Origin: Octopus sinensis
Lineage: Eukaryota
DNA length: 64,000 nucleotides
Reading direction: 5' to 3'
Assembly (NCBI RefSeq): GCF_006345805.1
Contig: NC_043019.1
Span: 30,627,360 to 30,691,359 of the forward strand
The notes beneath the pieces are model-generated. The model was not told where the DNA came from. It searched no databases and saw only the letters and a program-made list of their open reading frames with translations. The first letter of the stretch is position 1, and each line of letters begins with the position of its first letter. This document shows, in pieces, positions 26,862-41,642 of the stretch. Position numbers and translations under genes: made by a program.

Positions 26862-27849
26862 CAGTTAGTTATATACAAACACACTCACATATTTTATATA
26901 TAAGTATTAAAGGAAAGTATACTGCATATGGCTAATGAAATAATAACACACTGCAGAGAAAAGCTGACTCCTTACATTTGTCTCGTGGTTGCAACAGTAG
27001 CATCATCAACATCTTCACCAACTGTTATGTTCTCAAAAATCGGACCAGCTACAGCATTTATTAATGAATATTTTGTCCTATACTCATTAATTAAATTGTG
27101 AATTTCTTTCCAAATTCCTTCAATTGGAGGAAAAAAAAAACAGTGAAAGATTAAATAAAAAGCAACAAGATATTGAAAGCAGTCATTTCAATATCAAAAA
27201 TAATTAAATTATAAAAGTTTTTACATTGAATTAGTTATATGTAATAAGGGTGTGGGGGTATTAGGAAAACTTCTAATGGCCTGTGGCATTATTTAAGCTC
27301 CACATATATGACTGTACCACACTGAAGAGATCTAATGAGACTGAAACAAGCCTGGGGCTGTCACTGTACCTGCCAAATATCTGATTTACTTATTCAAAAG
27401 TTTAGCATTTAAACGTGGATGCGCATAGCTTAGTGGTTAGGGTGTCAGCATCATGATCATAAGATTGCGGTTTCGATTCCTGGATCGGGCGACGCATTGT
27501 GTTCTTGAGCAAAACACTTAATTTCATGTTGTTCCAGTCCACTCAGCTGGTAAAAGTGAGTAATGCTGTGATGGACTGGTGTTCAGCTGGGGAACACATA
27601 CGCCATTGAAACCAGGAAACTGGGCCCATGAGCCTGGCTAGGCTTTATAAAGGGCACAGTGGAGGCGCATGGCTTAGTGGTTAGGGCGTCAGCATCATGA
27701 TCATAAGATTGTGGTTTCGATTCCTGGATCGGGCGACGCGTTGTGCTCTTGAACTTGAATTTGGAATGTAAAACTGGAAGAAACAATTCTGAGCATTTTG
27801 TCCAGCAGAGTAACAATTCTGCCAGCTTGTTACAACAATAAAAACAGCG

Positions 27850-27880
<31 letters not shown>

Positions 27881-29906
27881 CAACAACAACAACAGCACCA
27901 GGAGCAACAACTTCAAATTTTGGCATAAGGCTAGCAATTTTTAGAGGAAGAAAGCATTAGTTGATTACAGTGACTGTAAAAGGATTGAAGATATTTCCTC
28001 ACCATTTTTGAATCCTTCAAACATAGGAACAGCAGTCTTCATATAATGTTCATCTACAAAATGGCCAAAGGGATATTTAAGTTAATTACAGCATGGAAAA
28101 CTCCTGATAATCATTTAAAGACATACACATACTATTACATTAATCTTTAATTCTTTGTTAGTATAACAATCAATTCAACCATTTCATTTTTATTACTATA
28201 ATCACACATCACTTGTCATGTGACACATGTACTTTAAAACATGCTTTCTTCACTCTAAATATACAGGGTGTCCCAGAAGTTGTGCACCACCCTGGATTTT
28301 TAAAAGAATACACCCTTATTGATTTCAGAAACACTTTAGTGAAATTAATCATAATAAATGCTCAAATTGAGAATCCTCTACAATAAAACATGCCGAGAAA
28401 ATATAATAAAATAAAATGCTTTAATTATTTTAAATGAAAACCAGAATGGTGCGGGACTTCTGGGATACCCTGTATATAATTTGTGGTGCAAGTGTAGCAC
28501 AGAAACCTTTACATATGTAATGTTATCTAGGAATGCTATCATGTGATAGGACCAAATTGTTGTTTCCACCAAAATGTAGACCAGCTTAGTAAAAACCAAG
28601 GAAGCTCAACTCGCCAATCACTAACTGTTTTCTTCTGGGCCTCTTCTGCAGTTAAAAAGCAGAGCAGACAAGAGCTGGCTTTGGCTTGTGGCCTGGTAAC
28701 ATTCTGAATGTACATTAGCATTCTCTCCCTTTGAAGCAACACACACAGACCCCCCCCCCACCAGATACATATACATGTTATCATATAAGTGCAGGTGTGG
28801 TTGAATGGTAGGTAAGTTGCTTGCTTTACAAAGCAGCGAACTGGCAGAATTGTTAGCATGCCAGGCGAAATGCTTAGTGGTATTTCGTCTACCGTTACGT
28901 TCTGAGTTCAAATTCCGCCAAGGTTGACTTTGCCTTTCATGCTTTCAGGGTCGATAAATTAAGTACCAGTTATGCACTGGGGTCGATGTAATCGAATTAA
29001 TCCCTTTGTCTGTTCTTGTTTATCCCCTCTATGTTTAGCCCCTTGTGGGCAATAAAGAAATAAGAAGTTTGCTTCCGAACCACATGGTTCTGGGTTCAGT
29101 CCCACTGCATTGCACACTGGGCAAGTATCTTCTATTGTAGCCCCATGCCCACCAAACCTTGTGAGTGGATTTGGTAGATGGAAATCGAAAGAAAGCCATT
29201 GCATATATCATCATCACCATTATCATTATCATCATAATTTAATGTCTGTTTTTCCATGCAGACATGGGTTGGACTACTGGCATTTGAATAGAATGTCTCA
29301 GGAAAGAATTGCAAACTGGCAGTTGATCATGCTTGGAAATCCAATTAGAATGTCTAATGACTGCTGCTTCAAATAGAACCCTATGGAGAAGGTGCCTGAG
29401 GACTTTATTCCCATAACCCTCCCAGAAATAATGGGCAAAGAAGACGAGTGATTTATGGATGGATTTTAGCAGGGTTTATTAATTCTCACTATATCCAGAA
29501 TCTGGCTGAGTGTCAAGTCTGAAATTTCCAGTAAAGTGAGAATATGATCTGAGCAAGTTAATGACTATATGTGAGATCAGAAGATGAATGAGTATTGATG
29601 ATGTTAGAAGTAGAACTGGGAGTATTACATGTAAGCACTAAGTGGAAGAATGTCCTGTATTCTTATTCTTATTGGAAAGTAGAGGAAGTGGTGAGATTTT
29701 AACTGAGGAAATAAGGTCTTACTGACAAGATGATGGAGAATGGCTGAGTGCATCCAACTTGCCACTCTCAGACACATCCAACAAGAAACAGATGTTATAA
29801 TTGATGGTAATGATGATAACTGCGGTTGCAGTGAAAATGGTGATGGTGGGGATAATGATGACGAAGACAACAGTGATGATGAAAATGACGGTGGTAGTAG
29901 TGATAG

Positions 29907-29939
<33 letters not shown>

Positions 29940-30314
29940 CGACGACGACAGCAGAGGTGTTAACAATGATAAGGAGGATGACAATGAAAAGAATTTTCTG
30001 AAATTAAAAATAAAAATTAATCACTCACCATCAACGTAAGGTAGAAGGTATCCTGTAGAGATATTTGAAGTATTGCTGTTATATTTGAAGCAATTAGTTG
30101 ATGAGATGTCTGACTGGGAGAGTGGATGAGGTGGCTTTGTTGTGCTTCTAACCTTTAAAATTTTAATTGTCAAGAAGGAATGAAAATAATATTATTAATA
30201 AATAATTATAATTAATGTATAATAATAATAAAAAAGAAAGAAAAATAACAATAATAATAATAATAACAATAAAAAAGAAAGAAAGAAAAAATAATAATAA
30301 TATTGATGATAATG

Positions 30315-30358
<44 letters not shown>

Positions 30359-31298
30359 CATAATAATACATTATACTAAAAGACTTCAGACAAAAATCAT
30401 ACCTCCTCATTGATATCACTGTCCCAATCGATGTATCTGTCAAGACCTACCAAAAACTGAGCATGTATAAAGATCTTGAAATAGAATTTGGCAAAATATG
30501 GAACCTCAAAGCTAAAACAATACCTATTGTTATAGGTAACCTAGGACTGATAGCAAAAGGGGCTGACTGCTATCTAGCTCAGATACCAGGAAATTCCAAA
30601 ATGGTAGAAATTCAAAGGGTAGTGCTCATGGGAACTGCCCATATCCTACGTAAAATACTGTCTATGTAATCTCAAATTTTAAAACAAACTCATTATTTTC
30701 TTATGTTTCCTTAAACATTCTCTTGAATAATTTGTGTTAAACCAAATATATGACACCCTAGGTATAACACCAACATGAACTTCTAACTTGTTGTCTCTTG
30801 AGGTCTCTGGGTGAGACTTGGAGTCAACTTGTACGAATACAAAGGAAAAGTCAAACAAAATAATAATAATAATTCTTTCTATTATTGGCACAAAATCTGA
30901 AATTTTTTTGGGAGGTGGGAGTGGCTAGTCGAGTACATTGGCCTCAGTACTCAATTAGTATTTATTTTATTGACCCCACCACAACTAAACTCTTCAAGGT
31001 GGTGCCCCAGACTGGCCACAATCTATTGACTGAAACAAGTAAAAGATAAACAATACAAACATAACATTAGTTAACTTTGAGAAAACATATGTTGATATGA
31101 ATTACAGTTATAATTCTTTTATTATTATTTTTCTTGAAATATAAGATACAAAACCATTTTTCTTTGAAGTTCTTACATCACATATAAAACTACACGGACC
31201 AAATATCTTTCAATCAACATCAAAATATATATAAATGTGTGTGTGTGTGGTGTGTATACTTACATATATACCACACACACCTACATACATACATACAT

Positions 31299-31334
<36 letters not shown>

Positions 31335-32719
31335 TATAGATATATATATAAATATATAAATACATATAAATATATATATATATATACACTCTTATATAAA
31401 TATATATATGTATATATATATATATATAAGAATGAATGTTTTTATATATAATGAACGTGAAATACAGGAAGGGACGAACACGGAACACAGACAAATCATT
31501 CGAAGCCTTCAATCTTCAGTCAGACACCGAATCATCATAGCAAATTTCGGCTGTTCAATTCTGATATTTGCTCCAACTCGGCCAGCCCCAAGAAAAAAAA
31601 CTAAGCTGTAAGCATTAGATTTCTTGGTAGAAGACAGGAATGTGAACGCGCAAGACGGATGTGAATACAAGAGACGAAAACGAAATTGAAAACAGTAATG
31701 AAAAAACAAAATATATATAACGGTGGTTGTCATACGACTTTAGACCAAATGAGACAAAACAACAACAACATAGCAGCTGGCGTAGAAATAATTACCGTTT
31801 CGGTAGCGGGGACACATGTTGGTCGAGATACGAAGGCCAACAGAATGGTTGAAGAAGCAGCAGGTCGCAGGAGAGAGAGAAAGAGAGACAGAGAGAGAGG
31901 GAATCAAAGAGGGTGGAAGGCAGGGGACAGAATCAGTGACCAGAGAGAAGGGAAAGAAGGAAAGAAGGGATTAAGGAGGATGGGAGGAAGAGAGGGGAAG
32001 AATCGGAGGCGCAAAAAGTTTTGGTGAAGAAGCAATGGCGGGTAGTAAAAGACAGTGTGTATAGAAGTCGTTGCAGGGTTTAAAATTGGACAACACCGGG
32101 GGGGGTGCACGTAACGCCGCAATAATATAGAAATGAATTTTTATATATAATGAACGTGAAATACAGGAAGGGAGGAACACGGAACACAGACAAATCATTC
32201 GAAGCCTTCATACTCTTTTACTCTTTTACTTGTTTCAGTCATTTGAATGCGGCCATGCTGGAGCACCGCCTTTAATCGAGCAACTTGACCCCGGAACGTA
32301 TTCTTTTTTGTAAGCCCAGTACTTATTCTATCGGTCTCTTTTGCCGAACCGCTAAGTAACGGGGACATAGACACACCACCATCGGTTGTCAAGCAATGCT
32401 AGGGGGACAAACACAAACACACAAACATACACACGCATATATATATATATATACATATATACGACGGGCTTCTTTCAGTTTCCGTCTACCAAATCCACTG
32501 ACAAGGCTTTGGTCAGCTCGAGGCTATAGTAGAAGACACTTGCCCAAGGTGCCACGCAGTGGGACTGAACCCGGAACCATGTGGTTGGTAAACAAGCTAC
32601 TTACCACACAGCCACTCCTGCGCCTATATATAAAATATAAATAAAATCACAATAGATAAATAAATAGATATACATATATATATATAAATAAATATAAATA
32701 AATCAATAAATATATATAG

Positions 32720-32752
<33 letters not shown>

Positions 32753-33018
32753 AATATATATTTATATAAATAAATAAATAAATAAATATGTATATATATA
32801 TATAATTATATATATATGTATAGAGCAAGTATAGTTTCTGAGAAAGATAGTTCCATTCTAAATATATTTTTAAAGAATTTCCGACTGTTCATTATTTTTT
32901 TTTATAAATATATGAATAAATAAAAAAAAGAAAAGAAATAAATTCCAGAACTATGTCTGATAAAAGGACATCTAAACGATAAAAATGATTTAACGCTATA
33001 TTTTAGAATCTGAAATGT

Positions 33019-33052
<34 letters not shown>

Positions 33053-33358
33053 GCACACACACATACGCACACACACATGAGTGTACACATTTTGGCTCAT
33101 GTGTTGTTACGTGATTATGATGCTCTCTTCCTAACTACTTGATGTCAGGTTCAATCTCACTGATTAGTACCTTGGGCAAGTGTCTACTATCACCTTGGGG
33201 TAACCAATGCCACATGAATCGATTTGGTAGATGGAAACTGAAAGAAGTCTGTGTGTGTACTTATAAGTATGTATGTATGTGTGTCTGTGAGAGAGAGAAA
33301 TATAGAGAGTGTGTGTGTGTGTGTGAGAGAGAGAGCGAGAGTGTGTGAGTGAGTGTGT

Positions 33359-33396
<38 letters not shown>

Positions 33397-34493
33397 CCAC
33401 CATGACATCACAAGACAATTGTAAATGAGTGTCCCTGTCATACCAGAGGTGTAATTATGTTTCTAATCTTCTGTAAAATTATGTCTGGTCATGAAGAAAT
33501 ATTGGCTTCAAGTTATGACACAAGGCCAACAACTTCAAGGGTGGGGTGGGGTCAAGTTGATTACATCGACCCCAGTGCTCAACTAGTACCTAATTTTTTG
33601 ACCCTGAAAGGATGAAAGGCAAAGTCAACCTCGACAGAATTTGAACTCAGAACGTAAAGACAGAGAAAATCCTGCTAAGCATTTTACCTGGCATGGTAAT
33701 GGTTCTGCCATCTTGCCACCTTAGAGGTCATGAAGAAATATTAGCTTGCGAGGCAGTGAGCTGACAGAAACGTTAGCACGCCGGATGAAATGCTTAGCGG
33801 TATTTCGTCTGTCTCTACGTTCTGAGTTCAAATTCTACTGAGGTTGACTTTGCCTTTCATCCTTTCAGGGTCGATAAATTAAGTACCAGTTACGCTACTG
33901 GGGTCGATCTAATCGACTTAATCCCTTTGTCTGTCCTTGTTTGTCCCCTCTGTGTTTAGCCCCTTGTGGGCTATAAAGAAATATGAAATATTAGTTTGCA
34001 GGAGTGGCTGTGTGGTAAGTAGCTTGCTTACCAGCCACATGGTTCCGGGTTCAGTCCCACTGCATGGCACCTTGGGCAAGTGTCTTCTACAATAGCCTTG
34101 GGCCGACCAAAGCCTTGTGAGTGGATTTGGTAGACGGAAACTGAAAGAAGCCTGTCGTATATATGTATATATATGTATGTATGTGTATATCTTTGTGTGT
34201 CTGTGTTTGACCCCGCAACATCGCTTGACAACTGATGCTGGTGTGTTTACATCTCCGTAACTTAGCAGTTTGGCAAGAGAGAACGATAGAATAAGTACTA
34301 GGTTTACAAAGAATAAGTCCTGGTGTCGATTTGTTTGACTGAAGGTGGTGCTCCAGCATGGCCACAGTCAAATGACTGAAACTAATAAAAGAGTTAGAAA
34401 TGGGTGAGAAAATTGGTGACAGCATGGGCATCTGACCATAAGAATGCTACTTCAACAAATTCCATCTGATGGACGGGAAGCATGATGATGGCA

Positions 34494-34525
<32 letters not shown>

Positions 34526-35977
34526 TCATGTACAAATTTGGGTCAAGTAGAGAAATCGGAATATTGGTGCCTTTGCATAAAAACAGCAAATCTGGCTATG
34601 GCTTACAAAAGAATAAAATGCAAAGAGACAAGATGAATCAACTGATCTGCTTTATGTTGTAGAAGCTCTATTTATGCATGTGTGCTTGTGTGTGTATGTT
34701 TATGTGTGTATGTGTGTGTGTATGTGTGTGTGTGTGTGTGTGTGTAAAAGCATGTGTGTATAATGTGAGACACCGTTGCTTACCAAATTATAATCAGCAT
34801 TATGGAATGGATCCACTGATAAGGATGACAGAGATTATTGAGGATTCTGCATGTTGGAATGGCTTCGTGTTATCTTTTGCAGTTCTATAGGAACAGACTT
34901 ATTGGCAGCAAATTAACAGAGTCGTTAGAATGTTGGATAGAATGTCTTGCAATATTCATACCAACCCTCAGCACTCCGAGTTCAAATCCCACCAAAGTCA
35001 GCTTTGCTACTTGTCCTTTTGGGGGTCAAGTACTATGTATGGGTCAAGTACTACAGTGTATCATGGCATGGCTGTGTGATTGAGAAGCTTGCTTTCCAAC
35101 CACATGGTTCTGGGTTCAATCCCACTGTATGGATGGCATCTTAAATGAATGTCTTCTACTGTAGCTCTGGGCCAACCAAAGCCTTTTCAGTGGATGTGGC
35201 AGAAGGAAACTGGACGAAACCCATTGTGTGTGTGTGTGTGTATGAGTGAGTGTGTGTGAGTGTGTGTGTGTGTGTGAGTGTGTGTGTGTGTGTGTGTGTG
35301 AGTGTGTGTGTGTGTGTGGTGTGTGTGTGTGTGTGTTGGTGTGTTGGTGTCTCCTTGTTTTGACATTGCATGATTGTTCTGAGTTTTACCATCAAATAAG
35401 TGGCATCCTTAGTTTCCAGTCTTCCACAAAAACATGTCCAGCCAAAGGAGAAATATTACCTTGCTTGGAAACAGGTGAGAGTTGGTGGGATGAAGAGCAA
35501 CAGGCTCCAGAAAATCTGCCTCAACAAATTCTGTGTGACCCATGCAAGCATGCAAAAGAGGACATTAAATTATGAGGATGATGATGATGATGATGATGTA
35601 TACAGACTTGAGTATATAAAGAAAAAGGGGAAGAAAAAAAGAAACAATGTAAAACATACCTTTTTCATTGTAGAAGAGACCCACTTTGGCATTTGCAATT
35701 CAGAATCAAATGCAAAGACAAAAGATTTGGAAAATTGAAGGCAATTTTTTCCAGAATGTTCTTCTAAATATGGGAGACCAAACGGTAAATGCTCATTGAA
35801 AGTATCCACATAAATCTGTGGTTCATTTGAAAGTAACTGTAAAAAAAGGAAACTCAAAGTAATCAAACATAAAAAGCAATTCAAATTAAGGTGTGTTTGC
35901 TTTGTAAAATGTTTTAGTATGATCTACTTGCCTAAGGGTGTGTCATGCTGATGATTTCAAACAGGGACAAATGGTGC

Positions 35978-36024
<47 letters not shown>

Positions 36025-38552
36025 GGTCCCGGGTTGAGTCGGGGTTAACCACAGTAAATAGGTACTCAATACATAGCAGAGTAAATAATTTATTTTATAG
36101 AAGGAGCTTCTACAGGACTAAGAACTATATTATATATATATATCACCATTCACCCCGTTACTGACCAGGCTATCAGATGTGCTACACATTGCTTGTCACA
36201 ATGTGCTTCACATTGTTTTAAGCCTTCAATGACGCCCCCCACCCCTGGCTAAGTGAGCAGGCCACAGAAAAAGAGTGAGAAAAAGTTGTCACGAAAGAGT
36301 ACAGCAGGGATCGCCACCATCCAAAGCGTTGTGGAACTTTAGGTGTCGCTCATAAACCTCACACTCACAACGCCTGGTCTGGAGATCGAAAACCACGAAC
36401 CTACGACTGCGAGTCCGCTGACCTAACCATTGGGCCGTTGCACCTCCATAAATATATATATATATATACACATATATATATATATATATACTATATATAT
36501 ATATTAATATATAACATATATATATTATATTAATACATATATAATATATATATATATATACAATATATATATTAATATATAATATATATATAATATACAT
36601 ATATAATATATATACATATATATATATATAACATATGTATATATATATATATATATATATAATACAATATATATATATATATATCCATATTATACATATA
36701 TATAATATACATATATATATCATCATCATCATCATCATCGTTTAACGTCCGTTCTCCATGCTAGCATGGTTGGACGGTTCGACCGGGATCTGGGGAAGCC
36801 AAAGGCTGCACCAGGCTCCAGTCCTTATCTGGCAGTGTTTCTACAGCTGGATGCCCTTCCTAACCGCCAACCACTTCTCCGTAGTGTAGTGGGTGCTTTT
36901 TACGTCCACCTGCACAGGTGCCAGGCGAGGCTGGTAACGGCCACGGTCAGATTGGTGTATTTTATGTGCCACCGGCACGGAAGCCAGACGAGGCGGTGCT
37001 GGCATCGGCCACGAGTCGGATGGTGCTTTTTACGTACCACCCAGACCAGGGATCCTGGCTGGTTCAATTCGATTTCGATTTTGCTTGCCCCAACATGTCT
37101 TCGCAAGCAAGGGGTTTGGCATGGGTGCCTGTTGTATGGTCAGATTGGTGCATTTTACGTGCCACCGGCACGGAAGCCAGTGGAGGCGGCACTGGCATCG
37201 GCCACGAGTCGGATAGTGCTTTTTTACGTACCACCATACCAGGGAACCTGGCTGGTTCGATTCGATTTCGCTTGCCCCAACATGTCCTTCGCAAGCAAGG
37301 GGGTTGGCATGGGTGCCTGTCGTACGGTCAGATTGGTGTATTTTACGTGCCACCGGCACAGAAGCCAGTGGAGGCGGCGCTGGCATCGGCCATGAGTCGG
37401 ATAGTGCGTTTTACGTACCACCAGACCAGGGATCCTGGCTGGTTCAATTCGATTTGACTTCGATTTCGATTTCGCTTGCCCCAACATGTCTTCGCAAGCA
37501 AAGGGGAGTTGGCATGGGTGCCTGTCGTCGGATGAGGTTCTATATACGACTTTCGCTTGCCTCAACAGGTCTTTGTGTCCAAGGGAGGAAAGCATTCATA
37601 AGTGGGCTGGGCTCACTTGTCCTGCCTGGTCTTCTCACGTACAGAATATTTCCAAAGGTCTCGGTCGCTGGTCATTTCCTCAGTGAGGCCTAAAGTTCGA
37701 AGGTCGTGCTTCACCCACCTCGTCCCAGGTTTTCCTGGGTCTAACTCTTCCACGGGTTCCCTCAACTGCTAAGTATGTGGCACTTTCTCACACACCTGCT
37801 TTCAATCCTTTCTCGCCACATGACCATACCGCGCGCAATCGTCTCTCTTGCACACCACAACTGATGCCTCTTAGTACAACATTTCTCTCAAGGTGCTAAC
37901 GCTCTGTCGAGTATGTACACTGACATTACACATCCATCGGAGCATACTGGCTTCATTCCTCACGAGCTTACGCATGTCCTCGGGGCAGTCACGGCCCATG
38001 TTTCACTGCCATGTAGCATGCTGTTCGTACACACGCATCATACAGTCTGCCTTTTACTCTGAGCGAGAGGCCTTTAGTCACCAGCAGAGGTAAGAGCTCC
38101 CTAAACTTTGCCCAGGCTATTCTTATTCTAGCAGTTACACTTTCAGCTTCATCAGCGCACCCACCCCCACTACTGACTTGGTCACCTAGTAACGGAAGCT
38201 ATCAACTACTCCTAGTTTTTTTCCCTTGGAAAGTGACTGAAGTTAGTTTCTGCAGATTTTCGGAGGTTAATGCTCCTGAGCATCTGCCACATACAAAAAC
38301 TATCTTCCCAGTTAGCCTACCTTTGACATTGCTGCACCCTATTGTCCATAGCTTACACTGGTACATCTTATAGAGTTTCTACCTACACCTTTTCTACAGA
38401 TCGAGCAGGGCCATATATATATATATATACATATATATACATATATATACATATATATACATATATTATATATATATATACATATTATATATATAATATA
38501 CATATATATATATATATATATCTTATATATATTATAGCATATATCTAATATA

Positions 38553-38624
<72 letters not shown>

Positions 38625-38666
38625 TATATAATATCCATATATATATATTATTATATATTATATATA

Positions 38667-38757
<91 letters not shown>

Positions 38758-40279
38758 TATATATATATAGTTAATCCAAACAAGAAAACACAGAAAAACA
38801 CACACCACACGACCGACGCGAGGACATGGAACAATAAAAGTATTATTTGACGCTCAGAAGAAGGGAGCTCTTCATCGGAAACAAAGGAGAAGGAAAGATC
38901 CCAAGAAGGGAAGACAGAGGAAAAAAATTTTTTTGCTGGTGGTGCTCAAGAGATATATATATATATATATATAGAGTTACCTGTAACTAACGAATACTTA
39001 AGATCTTTGGCACAGGTAATAAAATATATTGAATATGCAATTCTGTGCACCTCCTTTGTTACTCTTTGATCTAAAATTAAAATCTCTAACTGCACCATGA
39101 TTTATCTAGAACTTCTGCTAAGGCATCATGTTTATACCTGTCTAATTTAAAATCAGTAGTTCAGATTTCAGTTGTTTTTTGTAATTCCTTCAAGTTAAAT
39201 GAAATTAATACCAGAGCACACGAAAGGGAGGGGGAGAAGTAAAAGGGGGGGGAAGAAGAAAGAGTGATTTTAGTGCAACAGTACTGAGTTGTGTAGATGC
39301 TGTCTCATAGTGATCTTATATTTAAGTTGCAGTTGACAAACGATAGTGTCTCTGGATGCCGGCTTTCAATGGGCAACTGGTTCACAGCATTTCTGACAGC
39401 AAGAACGACATTAGAGTGCCTATAATTCATTGTTGAATAAATAACTTGAGGAACTTCAAGTTATTTTGCCAAAATGTATATCTTTCATCGCTGAGTATTT
39501 TCAAAAAATATATGCACATACATACACACAACACACACACACACACTCTCTCTCTTTTACATGCATGCATCACTGAAACCTTTATCATTCTTCATCTGTT
39601 TATTTTCTCTTATTCCTTTCTGCTGAAGAGCATAGGCTTGAAATGTAAAAGATTTTCTCATTTTCCCAAATGTCAAACTATTATACTTGCTTGTTGTTCA
39701 CACACCTGTCCTCGTCTTTTGTTTTTCTACATATATATGTATATAATTTAGAGAAAAACCACTATTAAACAATTCAATAAAGAAAGATGTTATTCACACC
39801 ATATAGAAAACATATACTATAAAAAAACCTTATTTTAAATCAATAAAGTACAATAAACAGTAAATAGTAGTAAAAGACTACGCATGTTTCATGGCTATAT
39901 TTTCAAATAGATAATAATAATAATAATATTAAAATCAATTCGATTCAAAATTAAATGTATATATACATATATATAAATATAATATATATAAATATATATA
40001 TATATTATGTATGTATGTATGTAGTTGAAAACAGTTAAGAATCCTTACAAATCAAAGTTACAGGTAAAAAGTGAAAGTGGAAGCATTTCAGCTGATATAC
40101 CCTCTAGCCTTCATCAGGTATCTCAGGGTAATTTCGAACCTGGTTCTCATTCCTGAGTATTTTTCGATGTTGTTATTATTATTATTCAGGCTACTGCCTG
40201 GAATCAACCTCAGAATCTTGGGGTTAGTAGCCCATGCTCTTAACCATTACGCCATATGCCCGTGGGCATATGTGTAATG

Positions 40280-40368
<89 letters not shown>

Positions 40369-40670
40369 ATATGTATGTATGTATGTCTTTGTTATAGTGC
40401 AAGATTTTACTGTGATCTCATAATACTCTGGTTTTATGTGTAGCATTATTTCTAGTGTTTCCCTTGGAAATACTTACTTGGGGGCAAATGTTTGTTTTAG
40501 TCACATTGGACCATTGGCACAAAGTATAGTTAGCTTGTTTTGGTGTCTCCTGTGGAAGTGAAGCATTCTTTAGTAATATGGCATTTAGTGCACCCTCAGT
40601 ACCATTATTTGGAGCTGGTTCAATTTTCAAGAGGTCTGGTAAAAGAAATAATAATAATAATAATAATATA

Positions 40671-40728
<58 letters not shown>

Positions 40729-41592
40729 TAATAATAAAAATTCTACTATTTGTTTCTAATATATGCACAAGGCCTGAAATTTGGGAGAGACAGTCAGCCA
40801 ATTACATTGGCCTCAGTACCGGACTAGTATTTTGTTTTATCAGGTCAGAAGGACAAAAGACAAAGTTGACTGCAGCAAGATTTGAACTCAGAAAATAATG
40901 GTACTTGTAGGCTTTTATTTTCCAGTATTCTAATGATTCTGCCAGCCCTGTGCCTTATATTTTCTGCTATAGACAGAAAGCCTGAAATTATGTGGGCATT
41001 TGATTACATCGACTCCAGGGCTCAACTGATGCTTTATTTTATCGACTCTGAAAGGATAAAAGACTAAGATGACCTCGGCAGAATTTGAACTCAGAACATA
41101 AACAGTCAGAAAGAAATACTGCTAATCATTTTTTGTCTACCATGCTAATGATTCTGTCACCTTGTTGGCTTAATAATAATGATAATAATAATAATAACAA
41201 TCAGAGATCATGAAGAAAAAAAATGCTTTCTAATTGATGTATTAATACCGGCAGATGACAACGTGTCTCTAAAAGAAATGGAGAAACTCTCAAAATACAA
41301 AGACCTGGAAATAGAGGTAACTAGAATGTGGAACCTGAAAACAGAAACAATTCCTATCATAGTAGGTGCATTAGGCATGATAAAAAAATATTCAGACAAT
41401 ACATACAAAACACCAGGACTTACAACACATATAACATACAGAAAATTGCACTACTAGGCACTGCACACATCCTACGCAAAACACTTTCCATACAATAACC
41501 ATCAGAGCATCACAACAAATCACAGCACATACCCAAGGCACACAGAGCTGCGCTCGGTAGTGAAGTGAAAGCACGCTATAAAAATAAAACTA

Positions 41593-41642
<50 letters not shown>

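Noticed and set aside
31495-31525. Minus-strand CTGAAGA...GAA as another hammerhead
   Set aside because: Stem II is weak and I could not build stems I and III convincingly.
36766-37693. Cluster of 120-209 aa GC-rich ORFs
   Set aside because: Tandem-repeat 3'UTR of the RTE LINE; open frames result from repeat periodicity.
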